A stretch of DNA of 44,079 nt, counting the filler, from Eubacteriales bacterium (GTDB lineage Bacteria > Bacillota > Clostridia > Oscillospirales > CAG-382), in the NCBI GenBank assembly GCA_045636665.1. It is 3 parts of 3 records of this genome, joined end to end, with 100 filler letters (N's around TTAATTAATTAA, not from the genome) between each part and the next. Parts side by side here need not be neighbours in the genome. Positions count along the whole stretch, not along the records: positions 12,725 to 36,867 come from JAZTXY010000135.1; positions 36,968 to 44,079 come from JAZTXY010000139.1; 1 more part is not named here. One strand, written 5' to 3'. Positions 28,439 to 37,478 of this stretch are shown here, one piece after another. Positions within the stretch are counted from its first letter, which is position 1. Each line of letters starts with the position of its first letter. The notes under the pieces are model-generated. The model did not search any database, was not told the DNA's origin, and saw only the letters and a program-made list of their open reading frames with translations. The position numbers and the translations under genes were made by a program.

Positions 28439-29919
28439 GAATGATACAGCTTCTTCGTTTGATATGCCGGTTCGCATGTAAGATTGATACCGAGCTTTTT
28501 AAGTAATTTTTCGTCAACCTGTGAAAGTATTACGGATGAATGCATTTCGCAATCGGAAAGCTTTTTCAACTGATCAAGCGCAAGACGCGCGTTTGAATCG
28601 GTAACGGCACAAACCGAAAGCGCAATAAGTATTTCATCGGTATGCAAGCGCGGGTTATTGTTGCCCATATGTTGAGTCTTGAGGTCTTGGATAGGACCTA
28701 TTACCTCGGGAGAAATGAGATATACCTCTTTATCAATACCCGCAAGCGCTTTAAGAGCATTAAGAAGCATTGCGCTTGATGCACCGAGAAGCGAGGTTGT
28801 TTTGCCTGTAATAATTCTGCCGTCGTGCAGTTCGATTGCCGCGGCAGGTCCGTTCGTTTCATCGGCACGCGCATTTGCGGCAATAGCAACCTTGCGGTCA
28901 TCCTGCGAGATAGAGCATTGACTCATAAGGATTTCAAGCTTGTGTACGGGACCGCCCTCGCTTAAGCCCTTGCGCTGTTGGCAAAGTGCCTCATAATAAC
29001 GGCGAATGATTTCCTGATGCGCCGCTTCACGGCAGATTTCGTCCGAGCAGATTGCATTACCTGCCATATTAACACCCATATCGGTTGGCGATTTATAGGG
29101 TGATTGACCGTAAATGCGTTGGAATATCGCATTTAACACAGGGAAAATTTCAACGTCGCGGTTATAGTTAACGGTTTGCTTACCGTATGCTTCAAGATGA
29201 TAGGGGTCGATACAGTTTGAATCGTCAAGGTCGGCGGTTGCGGCTTCATAAGCAACGTTTACGGGATGCTTCAACGGAAGATTCCAAATCGGGAAGGTTT
29301 CGAATTTTGCGTAACCCGATTTGATGCCCTTGAGATGCTCGTGATATAACTGCGAAAGGCAGACCGCCATTTTGCCGCTACCCGGACCGGGTGCGGTAAC
29401 TACAACAAGACGGCGAGAGGTTTCGATAAATTCGTTTCTGCCATATCCGTTCTCGCTTACGATAAGCTTTACGTTGGAGGGATAGCCTTCAATCGGATAG
29501 TGCTTATATGTCGTAACGCCGAGATTTTCAAGACGCTTTTGGAAAGCAACAACTGCGGGTTGCGAATTATATTGGGTAAGCACAACGCTTCCGACGTAAA
29601 GACCGCAGGCACGGAAAGCATCGATAAGACGCAATACGTCTTGGTCGTAAGTGATACCAAGGTCGCCGCGCACTTTGTTTTTTTCGATATCGTTACTGCT
29701 TATTGCAATAACGATTTCCGCTTCGTCCTTAAGCGCGGTGAGCATTTCGATTTTAATACTCGGCTTAAAACCGGGAAGCACGCGCGAAGCGTGAAAGTCA
29801 TCGAAAAGCTTTCCGCCAAATTCAAGATAAAGCTTACCGCCAAAATTATCTATGCGTTCTCTGATATGACGCGTTTGAAGTTCCACGTATTTTTCACAAT
29901 CGAAACCGATTTTTTTCAT
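28435..29919 (-). CDS. DUF1846 family protein
   Basis: KLYLEFGGKLFDDFHASRVLPGF, TAPGPGSGK, GYAKFETFPIWNLPL, YKSPTDMGVN. Confidence 0.9.
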   Translation of the reverse strand: MKKIGFDCEKYVELQTRHIRERIDNFGGKLYLEFGGKLFDDFHASRVLPGFKPSIKIEMLTALKDEAEIVIAISSNDIEKNKVRGDLGITYDQDVLRLIDAFRACGLYVGSVVLTQYNSQPAVVAFQKRLENLGVTTYKHYPIEGYPSNVKLIVSENGYGRNEFIETSRRLVVVTAPGPGSGKMAVCLSQLYHEHLKGIKSGYAKFETFPIWNLPLKHPVNVAYEAATADLDDSNCIDPYHLEAYGKQTVNYNRDVEIFPVLNAIFQRIYGQSPYKSPTDMGVNMAGNAICSDEICREAAHQEIIRRYYEALCQQRKGLSEGGPVHKLEILMSQCSISQDDRKVAIAANARADETNGPAAAIELHDGRIITGKTTSLLGASSAMLLNALKALAGIDKEVYLISPEVIGPIQDLKTQHMGNNNPRLHTDEILIALSVCAVTDSNARLALDQLKKLSDCEMHSSVILSQVDEKLLKKLGINLTCEPAYQTKKLYHS

Positions 29920-30572
29920 TTTTCGACCTCTGTATTTAGATTGATTATTTCGTAAAGTTGAGATAATGATGATATGACCGCGGCACCCGTTTTGACAAGT
30001 GCGGTTTTGGATTGATGACCGCTTGAAACAAGAATCGCTTTTGCGCCAACAAACGATGCAACATCGAAATCGTGAACCATATCGCCGATAAAGACCGTTT
30101 TTTCAAGATTGATACCGTTTGAAGCGATATAATCACGCGTGCGCTCCGCTTTGCTTCCGACGTTTCTGTCGGTTGCGCCGATAACCTCGGTAAAATAATT
30201 TTCAATTTCAAATTTTTGCAGATACGGTTTGATTATATCGTTTCGGCTTGAAGAGAAAATATATTGCTTAATTCCCTTCTGCGACAGCTTTAAGAGTAAA
30301 TCCTTCGTTGTGTTCGAAACCGCTTCATCCGGCAAATGCTTTGCCCAAAGCGCATCAAACTCGACAGAAAGAGAATGCATATTTTCTTTGGACATATCCA
30401 TTACACGCTCATAGAAGCGAACTATCGGCACGTCAATATATTCACGGTATTGTTCAAACGTAATCAGCGGAAGCTTTCTTGCAACGAGCATATCATTGAC
30501 AGCGAGCCACGCGGCGCGCGCATCATCGAGCAAGGTTCCGTTCCAATCCCAAAAAATGCAATCGTATCTCAT
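29916..30572 (-). CDS. HAD superfamily hydrolase (phosphoglycolate phosphatase-like)
   Basis: IFWDWNGTLLDD motif I (DxN variant), FSS motif II, K, FIGDMVHD; ATG 30572 after GAGG. Confidence 0.88.
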   Translation of the reverse strand: MRYDCIFWDWNGTLLDDARAAWLAVNDMLVARKLPLITFEQYREYIDVPIVRFYERVMDMSKENMHSLSVEFDALWAKHLPDEAVSNTTKDLLLKLSQKGIKQYIFSSSRNDIIKPYLQKFEIENYFTEVIGATDRNVGSKAERTRDYIASNGINLEKTVFIGDMVHDFDVASFVGAKAILVSSGHQSKTALVKTGAAVISSLSQLYEIINLNTEVEK

Positions 30573-30592
30573 AATACTACCTCTAATAATAT

Positions 30593-30621
30593 ATAGTAAC
30601 ATATTATAAAGCAATTTTCAA
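30593..30621 (-). promoter_or_regulatory. SigA promoter for the HAD...CHR operon
   Basis: TTGAAA-17 nt-TACTAT with extended TG. Confidence 0.55.
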
Positions 30622-30835
30622 CTGTTTTTGGACTCTTAAATAATTTTTTTATCCAACTCTTTAGCTTTAATAATCATTCGAAAATCACACAAATACCTCT
30701 GACATTTTGGCGAATATCGGTTGTTTTGAAATGCGATTACCTGAAACAGAAAAATGTCCGAGATTAAAGCTATTTACGTCAAAAAGCTTTAAAAGTGACA
30801 TAATTGCGTCATTTAAAAATTTTTTCATAATTTTA

Positions 30836-30867
30836 TGTGACAAAAGCCGTACCTTTTGCGTCTTATA
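30836..30867 (+). promoter_or_regulatory. Candidate ECF-sigma promoter for the LRR gene
   Basis: TGTGAC-17 nt-CGTCTTATA resembles Bacillota ECF (SigM/SigV-like) TGnAAC-N17-CGTC. Confidence 0.5.
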
Positions 30868-30918
30868 GGGTGAAAGGACTTTTAATAGGTTCAAATAAAC
30901 TCGAAAGGGGATAGTATT

Positions 30919-32331
30919 ATGAAAACAAAGGCAGTTGTATTTTTTATAATGTGTGCGATATTCTTGATGTCGGCGACACCGATCGTGTTTGCGGACGAGA
31001 TGATCGTAAGCGGAGATTTTGAATATTACATCTCTCCCGAAACGGCACACGAGGATTACCGCGGAACAGTGGTAATAACGAAGTATCTCGGTAACGATAA
31101 AGAAGTGGTTATCCCGTCCGAGATAGACGAAAGAAGAGTTTCGTCGATAGACTATATGGCATTTTATAAAAACGAAACGCTTAAAAGCGTTCAACTGCCC
31201 GATACGCTTGTCGGAATCGGAGTGGATGCGTTTGCGTTTTGCAAATCGCTTGAGTCGATAAATATCCCCGAAGGTATCAAGGCTCTCTCCCCTGTGTTTC
31301 GCGGTTGCGAGAAGCTTGAATCGATCGTAATACCCGAGGGAGTCGAGCGTATCGAGCAAGGTATGTTCAGGGATTGCACCGCGCTTGAAAACGTAAGTTT
31401 GCCGAACAGCTTGAAAATAATAGACGGCAGTGTTTTTGAAAACTGCATTTCTTTAAAGAACATATCGCTTCCCAACGGGGTTATAGAAATCGGTGTGAAC
31501 GCGTTTGGCGGTTGTACTGCGCTTTCCGAAATATCGATTCCCGAAAGCGTTACGTATATCGGTGCGAGCGCATTCGGCAATACCGCGTTTTATAACGATG
31601 CAGAAAATTGGGAAAACGACGTTCTTTATGTTGACGGTTGTCTTATAGACAGCAAGCGCGATGAAATACAGGGCGAATATTCTGTAAAAGAGGGCACAAG
31701 AATAATCGCGAAACAAGCATTTTTGCGGGCAACAGGGCTTGAAACGCTTAAGCTGCCCAAAGGATTAAAGGTTATCGGCGATGCGGCATTTGCCGAATGT
31801 ACCGCGCTGAAAACGGTCGAGATGCAAGGCGGACTTGAAACGATAGGCTCAACTGCTTTCCGAAAATGCGTGATAGACGAAATTGTAATTCCCGAGGGAG
31901 TAAAATCGATCGGTGATCGTGCTTTTGATCGCTGTGGGATAGTAAAAGTAACGCTCCCGAAGAGCTTGGAGTCTATCGGCAACGAAGCCTTTGGCGGCAC
32001 CACCGACATTAAGAAGGTGAAATATAACGGCAGCAACAGCGAATGGAATGAAAAGCAATTCGGTACGGCGATGGGGTTGAGCCCGTATGCCTTGGTCGAA
32101 TTTGCCGAAGGGAATAACAACGAAGAATCGGTTTCCGATACTTTAAACAGTTCCGATGAAAGTGTCGAAGTATATGAAGCATCAAAAACAACGGATGATG
32201 AAAACGATACCGAAGATAAAAAGGACACGATTACATGGATAATCCCCGTTGCCGCTATTGCAATACTCGCAATTACCGTCCTAATCGTATTTTTGGTAAA
32301 GAAACGCAACAAAAAACATTTGGAAAGCTAA
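30919..32331 (+). CDS. BspA/TpLRR-type (LRR_5) leucine-rich repeat surface protein with C-terminal membrane anchor
   Basis: Signal peptide; repeated CxxLxxIxIPxxVxxIGxxAF units; acidic Ser/Thr linker; TM helix plus KKRNKK. Confidence 0.92.
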   Translation: MKTKAVVFFIMCAIFLMSATPIVFADEMIVSGDFEYYISPETAHEDYRGTVVITKYLGNDKEVVIPSEIDERRVSSIDYMAFYKNETLKSVQLPDTLVGIGVDAFAFCKSLESINIPEGIKALSPVFRGCEKLESIVIPEGVERIEQGMFRDCTALENVSLPNSLKIIDGSVFENCISLKNISLPNGVIEIGVNAFGGCTALSEISIPESVTYIGASAFGNTAFYNDAENWENDVLYVDGCLIDSKRDEIQGEYSVKEGTRIIAKQAFLRATGLETLKLPKGLKVIGDAAFAECTALKTVEMQGGLETIGSTAFRKCVIDEIVIPEGVKSIGDRAFDRCGIVKVTLPKSLESIGNEAFGGTTDIKKVKYNGSNSEWNEKQFGTAMGLSPYALVEFAEGNNNEESVSDTLNSSDESVEVYEASKTTDDENDTEDKKDTITWIIPVAAIAILAITVLIVFLVKKRNKKHLES

Positions 32332-32339
32332 ATACACAC

Positions 32340-32370
32340 AAAAAGGAGAAGCGATTTGCTTCTCCTTTTG
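32340..32370. terminator. Intrinsic terminator after the LRR gene
   Basis: AAAAGGAGAAGC-GATTT-GCTTCTCCTTTT. Confidence 0.82.
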
Positions 32371-32393
32371 AATTTTTATTATCACCGAAAAGC

Positions 32394-32422
32394 AAAAACG
32401 CACCGAAAAACGGTGCGTTTTG
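32394..32422. terminator. Intrinsic terminator for the convergent ireB-like operon
   Basis: AAAACGCACCG-AAAAA-CGGTGCGTTTT. Confidence 0.78.
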
Positions 32423-32427
32423 TTAAT

Positions 32428-32706
32428 TTACTTTTGCTTTAATGCTCTTTCAAGCCAGATTGTGCCGATTTCGAACGCGTCATAGAAATTTTTCTTTTCG
32501 CATTGCTTAACGATTTTTTCGTTAAAAGAAATATCGTCATCGGTATTTTGGATTTGAACAAGCACTTTCGTTGCAATTTCAACGTCGCCGATCTTTTTAG
32601 CATCGAGAATGTTCATAAAAAGTATGAACTTATCATCGGGGTTGCCATAGAAGACATAGCGGCCTTGGCGGACAAGCGGCTTGCCCTTATACATTAACGT
32701 TTTCAT
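32428..32706 (-). CDS. Hypothetical protein (92 aa)
   Basis: 8 bp downstream of the ireB-like gene, followed by a terminator; globular-looking sequence (LMYKGKPLVR...YGNPDDKF...WLERAL). Confidence 0.75.
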   Translation of the reverse strand: MKTLMYKGKPLVRQGRYVFYGNPDDKFILFMNILDAKKIGDVEIATKVLVQIQNTDDDISFNEKIVKQCEKKNFYDAFEIGTIWLERALKQK

Positions 32707-32714
32707 TTAGGGAA

Positions 32715-33008
32715 TCAACCTTTCTTCTTGCCGTCTGTATTGATGAAATCCTCTACAAGAGTGCGCAAAAGCTCATCACGGTCAATTTTTGAAATGATCG
32801 CACGGGAGTTGTTATAGTTAGTGATATAAGTCGGGTCTTCGGAAATTATATAACCTACGATTTGGTTTATGGGGTTATATCCCTTTTCAACCAACGCATC
32901 ATAAACCACCTGAAGACGTTCACGCAGAATTTCCTTTTGTTGCTCCTTTATGGGGAACATTAAGGTTTTTTGCTTGTTATCAACAGCTTTTTGATTCTTA
33001 TCCTGCAT
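32715..33008 (-). CDS. IreB/ReoM family regulatory phosphoprotein (DUF965)
   Basis: VYDALVEKGYNPINQIVGYIISEDPTYIT...IDRDELL; ATG 33008 after AGGAGGG. Confidence 0.9.
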   Translation of the reverse strand: MQDKNQKAVDNKQKTLMFPIKEQQKEILRERLQVVYDALVEKGYNPINQIVGYIISEDPTYITNYNNSRAIISKIDRDELLRTLVEDFINTDGKKKG

Positions 33009-33052
33009 ATTCAACCCTCCTTGACCGATTTATACAGATAATAATTTAGTTT

Positions 33053-33081
33053 ATTATACATCAAACTTTTTATCTTTGCAA
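33053..33081 (-). promoter_or_regulatory. SigA promoter for the ireB-like gene
   Basis: TTGCAA-17 nt-TATAAT. Confidence 0.7.
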
Positions 33082-33099
33082 GAGTTTTTTTGAAATTGA

Positions 33100-35481
33100 T
33101 TAGGAACGGAGCACTATTCCATGCTCGCTTTCCAATTTTTTGAGTATCTTCTTAACGCCTGCATCGGCTTCCTCATCGGTAAGCGTTTTATCAGCAAGGC
33201 GGAATACAAGACGAACGGCAACGCTCTTCTTGCCCTCTTCAACGCCCTTTCCGCGGTATACGTCAAAGACGAAAGCATCCTCGAGCGATTTGCCTGCGTA
33301 GGAACGAATATCGGCAAGGAGCTTACCTGCTTCGTGGTCTTTATCGCAGATGAGCGCGATATCTCTTTCCATTGCGGGATATACGGGAAGAGGAATATAA
33401 CCGCGTTCGGTCTTGACGGAATCGAGAAGAAGCTCGGTCGAAATTATCGCCGCGCAAACTCCGCGAGGAAGGTCATAGTTTTCGCAAACCAAGGGATGAA
33501 CCTCACCGATTGTACCGATTACACTGCCGCCAACAACGATATTTGCACATCTGCCGGGGTGGAAAGAGGGGTTATCAGAAACTGCAACGTAATCACGCGC
33601 ACGGATGTTAAGACGGGTGAAAAGCGCTTCTGCATCTGCTTTGAGGTTGTAAAATCCTCCGCAATCGGGAGTGAATGCAAAGCAAAGCGATTTCTTTTCG
33701 TTGGAAAGGTCGCCGTCACGGAAGTAAAGCGTCATAATTTCGGACATACGGCACTTTTCAACCTTGCGGTTAACGTTTCTCGAAAGAACCTCGAGCATCG
33801 AAGGAAGCGGATGGGTACGCATTACCGAGGTATCCTCGCCAAGGGGATTGATAAGACGGATGAAATCGTAAAGCTCGCTATCTTCGGGAATATTGATTTT
33901 CGCAAGTGATTTGGGAGAAACGAAGGAATAGGTGCAGGATTCGCAGTAGCCAAGACCTGCCATAACCTCGTTAATGCGGTATCTGAACGCTTCGTGAGGT
34001 GTTCTGCCGCCGAGGTCAGCCGCACCCTTGAACATTGTGGGTTCGATGTTATCAAAGCCGTAAAGACGAACAACTTCTTCGGCGATATCGGCAGTGTTGA
34101 TGATATCGCTTCTGTAGGGAGGAACGATGAGTCCGCCCTTGCCGTCTGCGATAAGCTCGACAGAAGCGAGGATTTTGTCCATATCTTCATCGGAAATGTT
34201 TGTACCGAGAAGCGCATTTATCTTTGCGCGGTCATAAGCGACGACGCGTTCATTGATGTCGGCATTGTTGATATCGATGTAGCCTTCTACAACCTCGCCG
34301 CATCCGAGGAGATTTACCAATTCACAAGCACGGTCAACAGCAGGCAAGGTGTTTACTGCAGGAAGACCTTTTTCGAATTTAGCCGAGCTTTCGGTACGAA
34401 GACCTACTGCTTTTGAGGTTTTTCTGATGCTTTCACGGGCGAAATTCGCACTTTCAAATACAACAGTAACGGTGGAATCGGTGATTTCACTGTTTTCGCC
34501 GCCCATTACGCCTGCAAGAGCAACTGCGCGACTTCCGTCGGCGATAACGAGCATTTCGGGAGAAAGCGCTCTTGTAACGCCGTCAAGAGTAACGATTTCT
34601 TCGCCTGCGTTTGCATTACGAACGTTGATTTCGCGGCTCTTGATATATTCATAGTCAAACGCGTGCATAGGTTGACCGTATTCGAGCATTACGAAATTTG
34701 TAATATCAACGATGTTATTGATAGGTCTTACGCCTGCCGCACGGAGCTTTGCTCTTAACCAAAGCGGTGAGGGAGCAATTTTAACGTTTTTAACAACTCT
34801 TGCGGTATAACGAGGACAGAGCTCGGTATTGTGAACGTTGACCTTGATGTAATCGGATGCTTTTTCACCCTTGGTTTCTACAACATTGGGTTGAGGAACA
34901 ACCGTCTTTTCGCCAAAGGTTGCCGCCGCTTCACGCGCGATGCCGATATAGGAAAGGCAGTCGGGACGGTTGAAGGTAAGTTCGAATTCAACGACGGTAT
35001 CGTTAATCTTGCAAACGTCGCGGATATCGTCGCCAAGGTTGCATTCCTCCTCGATGAGGAAAATGCCGTCTTCAACAGCGTAAGGAAAATCGTTTACGGT
35101 AAGACCGAGCTCACCGAGCGAGCAGAGCATACCTTGAGAAAGCACGCCGCGAAGCTTACCGGTTTTGATGGTTTTGCCGCCGGGCAATTTTGCGCCGTCA
35201 AGACAAACGGGAACGATATCGCCTGCTTTAACGTTTTGAGCGCCGGTAACGATTTGAAGCTTTTCTTCACGGCCGACGTCGATTTGACAGATGATAAGAT
35301 GGTCGGAATCGGGGTGCGCTTCGGTTGACATAATTTTGCCAACAACAACATTTTCAATGTCACTGCCAAGCACCTTATAGCCTTCGACCTTGGTGCCCGT
35401 CATTGTCATTTCATCGCAGAATTTTTTGATATCTGCAGGTATATTTACGTAATCTTTAAGCCAATTAAGTGATACTTCCAT
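33100..35481 (-). CDS. pheT: Phenylalanyl-tRNA synthetase beta subunit
   Basis: SLNWLKDY, HPDSDHL, LRGVLSQGMLCS, NRPDCLS, PINNIVDITN, GQPMHAFD, RSDI...DIAEEVVRLYG, C-terminal FDX-ACB domain. Confidence 0.98.
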   Translation of the reverse strand: MEVSLNWLKDYVNIPADIKKFCDEMTMTGTKVEGYKVLGSDIENVVVGKIMSTEAHPDSDHLIICQIDVGREEKLQIVTGAQNVKAGDIVPVCLDGAKLPGGKTIKTGKLRGVLSQGMLCSLGELGLTVNDFPYAVEDGIFLIEEECNLGDDIRDVCKINDTVVEFELTFNRPDCLSYIGIAREAAATFGEKTVVPQPNVVETKGEKASDYIKVNVHNTELCPRYTARVVKNVKIAPSPLWLRAKLRAAGVRPINNIVDITNFVMLEYGQPMHAFDYEYIKSREINVRNANAGEEIVTLDGVTRALSPEMLVIADGSRAVALAGVMGGENSEITDSTVTVVFESANFARESIRKTSKAVGLRTESSAKFEKGLPAVNTLPAVDRACELVNLLGCGEVVEGYIDINNADINERVVAYDRAKINALLGTNISDEDMDKILASVELIADGKGGLIVPPYRSDIINTADIAEEVVRLYGFDNIEPTMFKGAADLGGRTPHEAFRYRINEVMAGLGYCESCTYSFVSPKSLAKINIPEDSELYDFIRLINPLGEDTSVMRTHPLPSMLEVLSRNVNRKVEKCRMSEIMTLYFRDGDLSNEKKSLCFAFTPDCGGFYNLKADAEALFTRLNIRARDYVAVSDNPSFHPGRCANIVVGGSVIGTIGEVHPLVCENYDLPRGVCAAIISTELLLDSVKTERGYIPLPVYPAMERDIALICDKDHEAGKLLADIRSYAGKSLEDAFVFDVYRGKGVEEGKKSVAVRLVFRLADKTLTDEEADAGVKKILKKLESEHGIVLRS

Positions 35482-35498
35482 TATTATGTTCCTCCCTA

Positions 35499-36512
35499 TT
35501 AGAATTGCTTGAGGAAGCGAGAATCGTTTTCGTAAAGAAGACGGAGATCGTCGATACCCGCCATTACCATTGCAACACGTTCAACGCCCATACCGAATGC
35601 AAAGCCGGTGTAGATTTCGGGGTCAATTCCGCCTGCGCGGAGAACTTCGGGGTGAACCATACCCGAGCCGAGGATTTCCATCCAGCCCTCACCCTTACAC
35701 AAGCGGCAACCCTTTCCGCCGCAAACGAAGCAAGAAACGTCGATCTCTGCGGAGGGCTCGGTGAAGGGGAAGTGGTGAGGACGGAAACGGAGCTTGGTAT
35801 CGCTGCCGAAAAATTCACGGGCGAAGGTCTCCATCATGCCCTTCCAGTCACTCATGGTAATGCCCTTGTCCACGACCAGTCCCTCGATCTGATGGAACAG
35901 AGGAGAGTGGGTGGCATCCACCGCGTCGGAACGGTAAACCCGTCCGGGGGAGATCACTCGGATGGGGGGCTTTTGCTTTTCCATGGTGCGAACCTGCACG
36001 GGGGAGGTTTGGGAACGGAGCAAAATGTTGTCGGTGATGTAGAAGGTATCCTGTGTATCGCGGGCAGGATGATTTTCCGGAATGTTCAGGGCTTGGAAGT
36101 TATAGTAGTCGTATTCTACCTCAGGTCCCTCCGCAATGGAGAAGCCCATACCGATGAAGATATCCTCAATGGTGCGCTGTACCTGTGTTAAGGGGTGAAG
36201 ATGACCGATGCGAGGAGCAGCGGAGGGAAGCGTGACGTCAATTTTCTCGCTCTTCAGCTTTTCTTCCAGCAATCGTTTCTTTTCCAAGGAGGCTCTTTCG
36301 GTTAATGCTGCTTCGATTGCCGCACGAACTTCATTCGCCATTTGTCCGACGATCGGTCTTTCTTCGGGAGAAAGAGATCCCATGCCGCGCAAAACCGACG
36401 TCAGCTCGCCTTTTTTTCCTAAATACTGAATACGGATCTGTTCCAGATCGGCATTCGTGTCTTGGATTGCAGAGAGTGCGGCTTCTCTGATTCGTTGCAG
36501 TGTTTCTTTCAT
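35499..36512 (-). CDS. pheS: Phenylalanyl-tRNA synthetase alpha subunit
   Basis: [61 protein letters not shown] 36512 after AAAGGA. Confidence 0.98.
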   Translation of the reverse strand: MKETLQRIREAALSAIQDTNADLEQIRIQYLGKKGELTSVLRGMGSLSPEERPIVGQMANEVRAAIEAALTERASLEKKRLLEEKLKSEKIDVTLPSAAPRIGHLHPLTQVQRTIEDIFIGMGFSIAEGPEVEYDYYNFQALNIPENHPARDTQDTFYITDNILLRSQTSPVQVRTMEKQKPPIRVISPGRVYRSDAVDATHSPLFHQIEGLVVDKGITMSDWKGMMETFAREFFGSDTKLRFRPHHFPFTEPSAEIDVSCFVCGGKGCRLCKGEGWMEILGSGMVHPEVLRAGGIDPEIYTGFAFGMGVERVAMVMAGIDDLRLLYENDSRFLKQF

Positions 36513-36564
36513 GCTTGTTTTTGGTATTCCTTTCTTTATAAATATGATATTTTTTAACTGATAA

Positions 36565-36795
36565 TAAAAAAATCCCATCCAAAGCATAGGACGGGAAGCT
36601 CCGCGGTACCACCTAATTTTTGACTCAATGTCAACACCTCGACGACAGGATAACGGTTGTCAGCCGAGCCAAGCTACTGTTGCGGTTCACAAGGCTTGCT
36701 CCGAAGGGAAACGTATCAAGAATCCTGTAACCGCTTTCAGCCGAGGCGGTATTCTCTGGAACAGGAGGGAAATGATACTGGGCTTCATCATAGCA
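36565..36795 (-). promoter_or_regulatory. T-box riboswitch (Phe) leader of pheST
   Basis: Stem I AGAGA and GCTGAAAG motifs, UUC specifier candidate near 36708-36710, T-box AATTAGGTGGTACCGCG, terminator TCCCGTCC-loop-GGATGGGA plus U tract. Confidence 0.92.
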
Positions 36796-36814
36796 ATTCA
36801 ATATATCAACCAAT

Positions 36815-36843
36815 ATTATATCATAATTGCTTGTTTTTTGCAA
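36815..36843 (-). promoter_or_regulatory. SigA promoter for T-box-pheST
   Basis: TTGCAA-17 nt-TATAAT with extended TG. Confidence 0.75.
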
Positions 36844-36867
36844 GGGTATATTTGAAAATATTTTTTG

Positions 36868-36967
36868 NNNNNNNNNNNNNNNNNNNNNNNNNNNNNNNNN
36901 NNNNNNNNNNNTTAATTAATTAANNNNNNNNNNNNNNNNNNNNNNNNNNNNNNNNNNNNNNNNNNNN
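36868..36967. other. Artificial contig-join linker
   Basis: 44 N + TTAATTAATTAA + 44 N. Confidence 0.97.
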
Positions 36968-37352
36968 CGAGAAGGTGGGTTATATCAAGAATTCGAGCGG
37001 CTTCTTCGACGCGGCGCTTGATTTCTTCTTTTCTTACTTTGCGAAGTTTCAAACCGAATGCCATGTTGTCGTAAACGGACATGTGAGGATAAAGAGCGTA
37101 GTTCTGGAAAACCATCGCGATATCTCTGTCCTTAGGAGCGATATCGTTAACGAGCTTGTCGTCGATGAAGAGCTCACCCTCGGTGATTTCTTCAAGACCT
37201 GCGATCATACGGAGAGTGGTGGTTTTACCACAGCCCGAAGGACCAACGAAAATAACAAATTCCTTATCCTGAATTTCAAGAGTGAAGTCGGATACAGCGG
37301 TTACGCCGCCGGGGAATCTTTTGTAAATGTGCTTAAATAATACACTTGCCAT
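36968..37352 (-). CDS. Sugar ABC transporter ATPase (MsmK/MalK/UgpC family), truncated by contig end
   Basis: [42 protein letters not shown] 37352 after GGAGG. Confidence 0.95.
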
Positions 37353-37478
37353 TTGAAACCTCCATTTGAGGGTATTCCTCATTTTCTATCACGTACAATA
37401 ATATCAAAAAATAATGACAAATGTAAGTGATTAATTACCCAAAAATTTACCTTGTACTTTATCTATTTTGCATAATAT

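Noticed and set aside
30685..32312. Minus-strand ORFs of 224 and 228 aa
   Set aside because: Antisense shadows of the repetitive LRR gene.
33121..36191. Long plus-strand ORFs (262 aa, 165 aa, 240 aa) over pheT/pheS
   Set aside because: Antisense shadows of conserved essential genes; no motifs or RBS.
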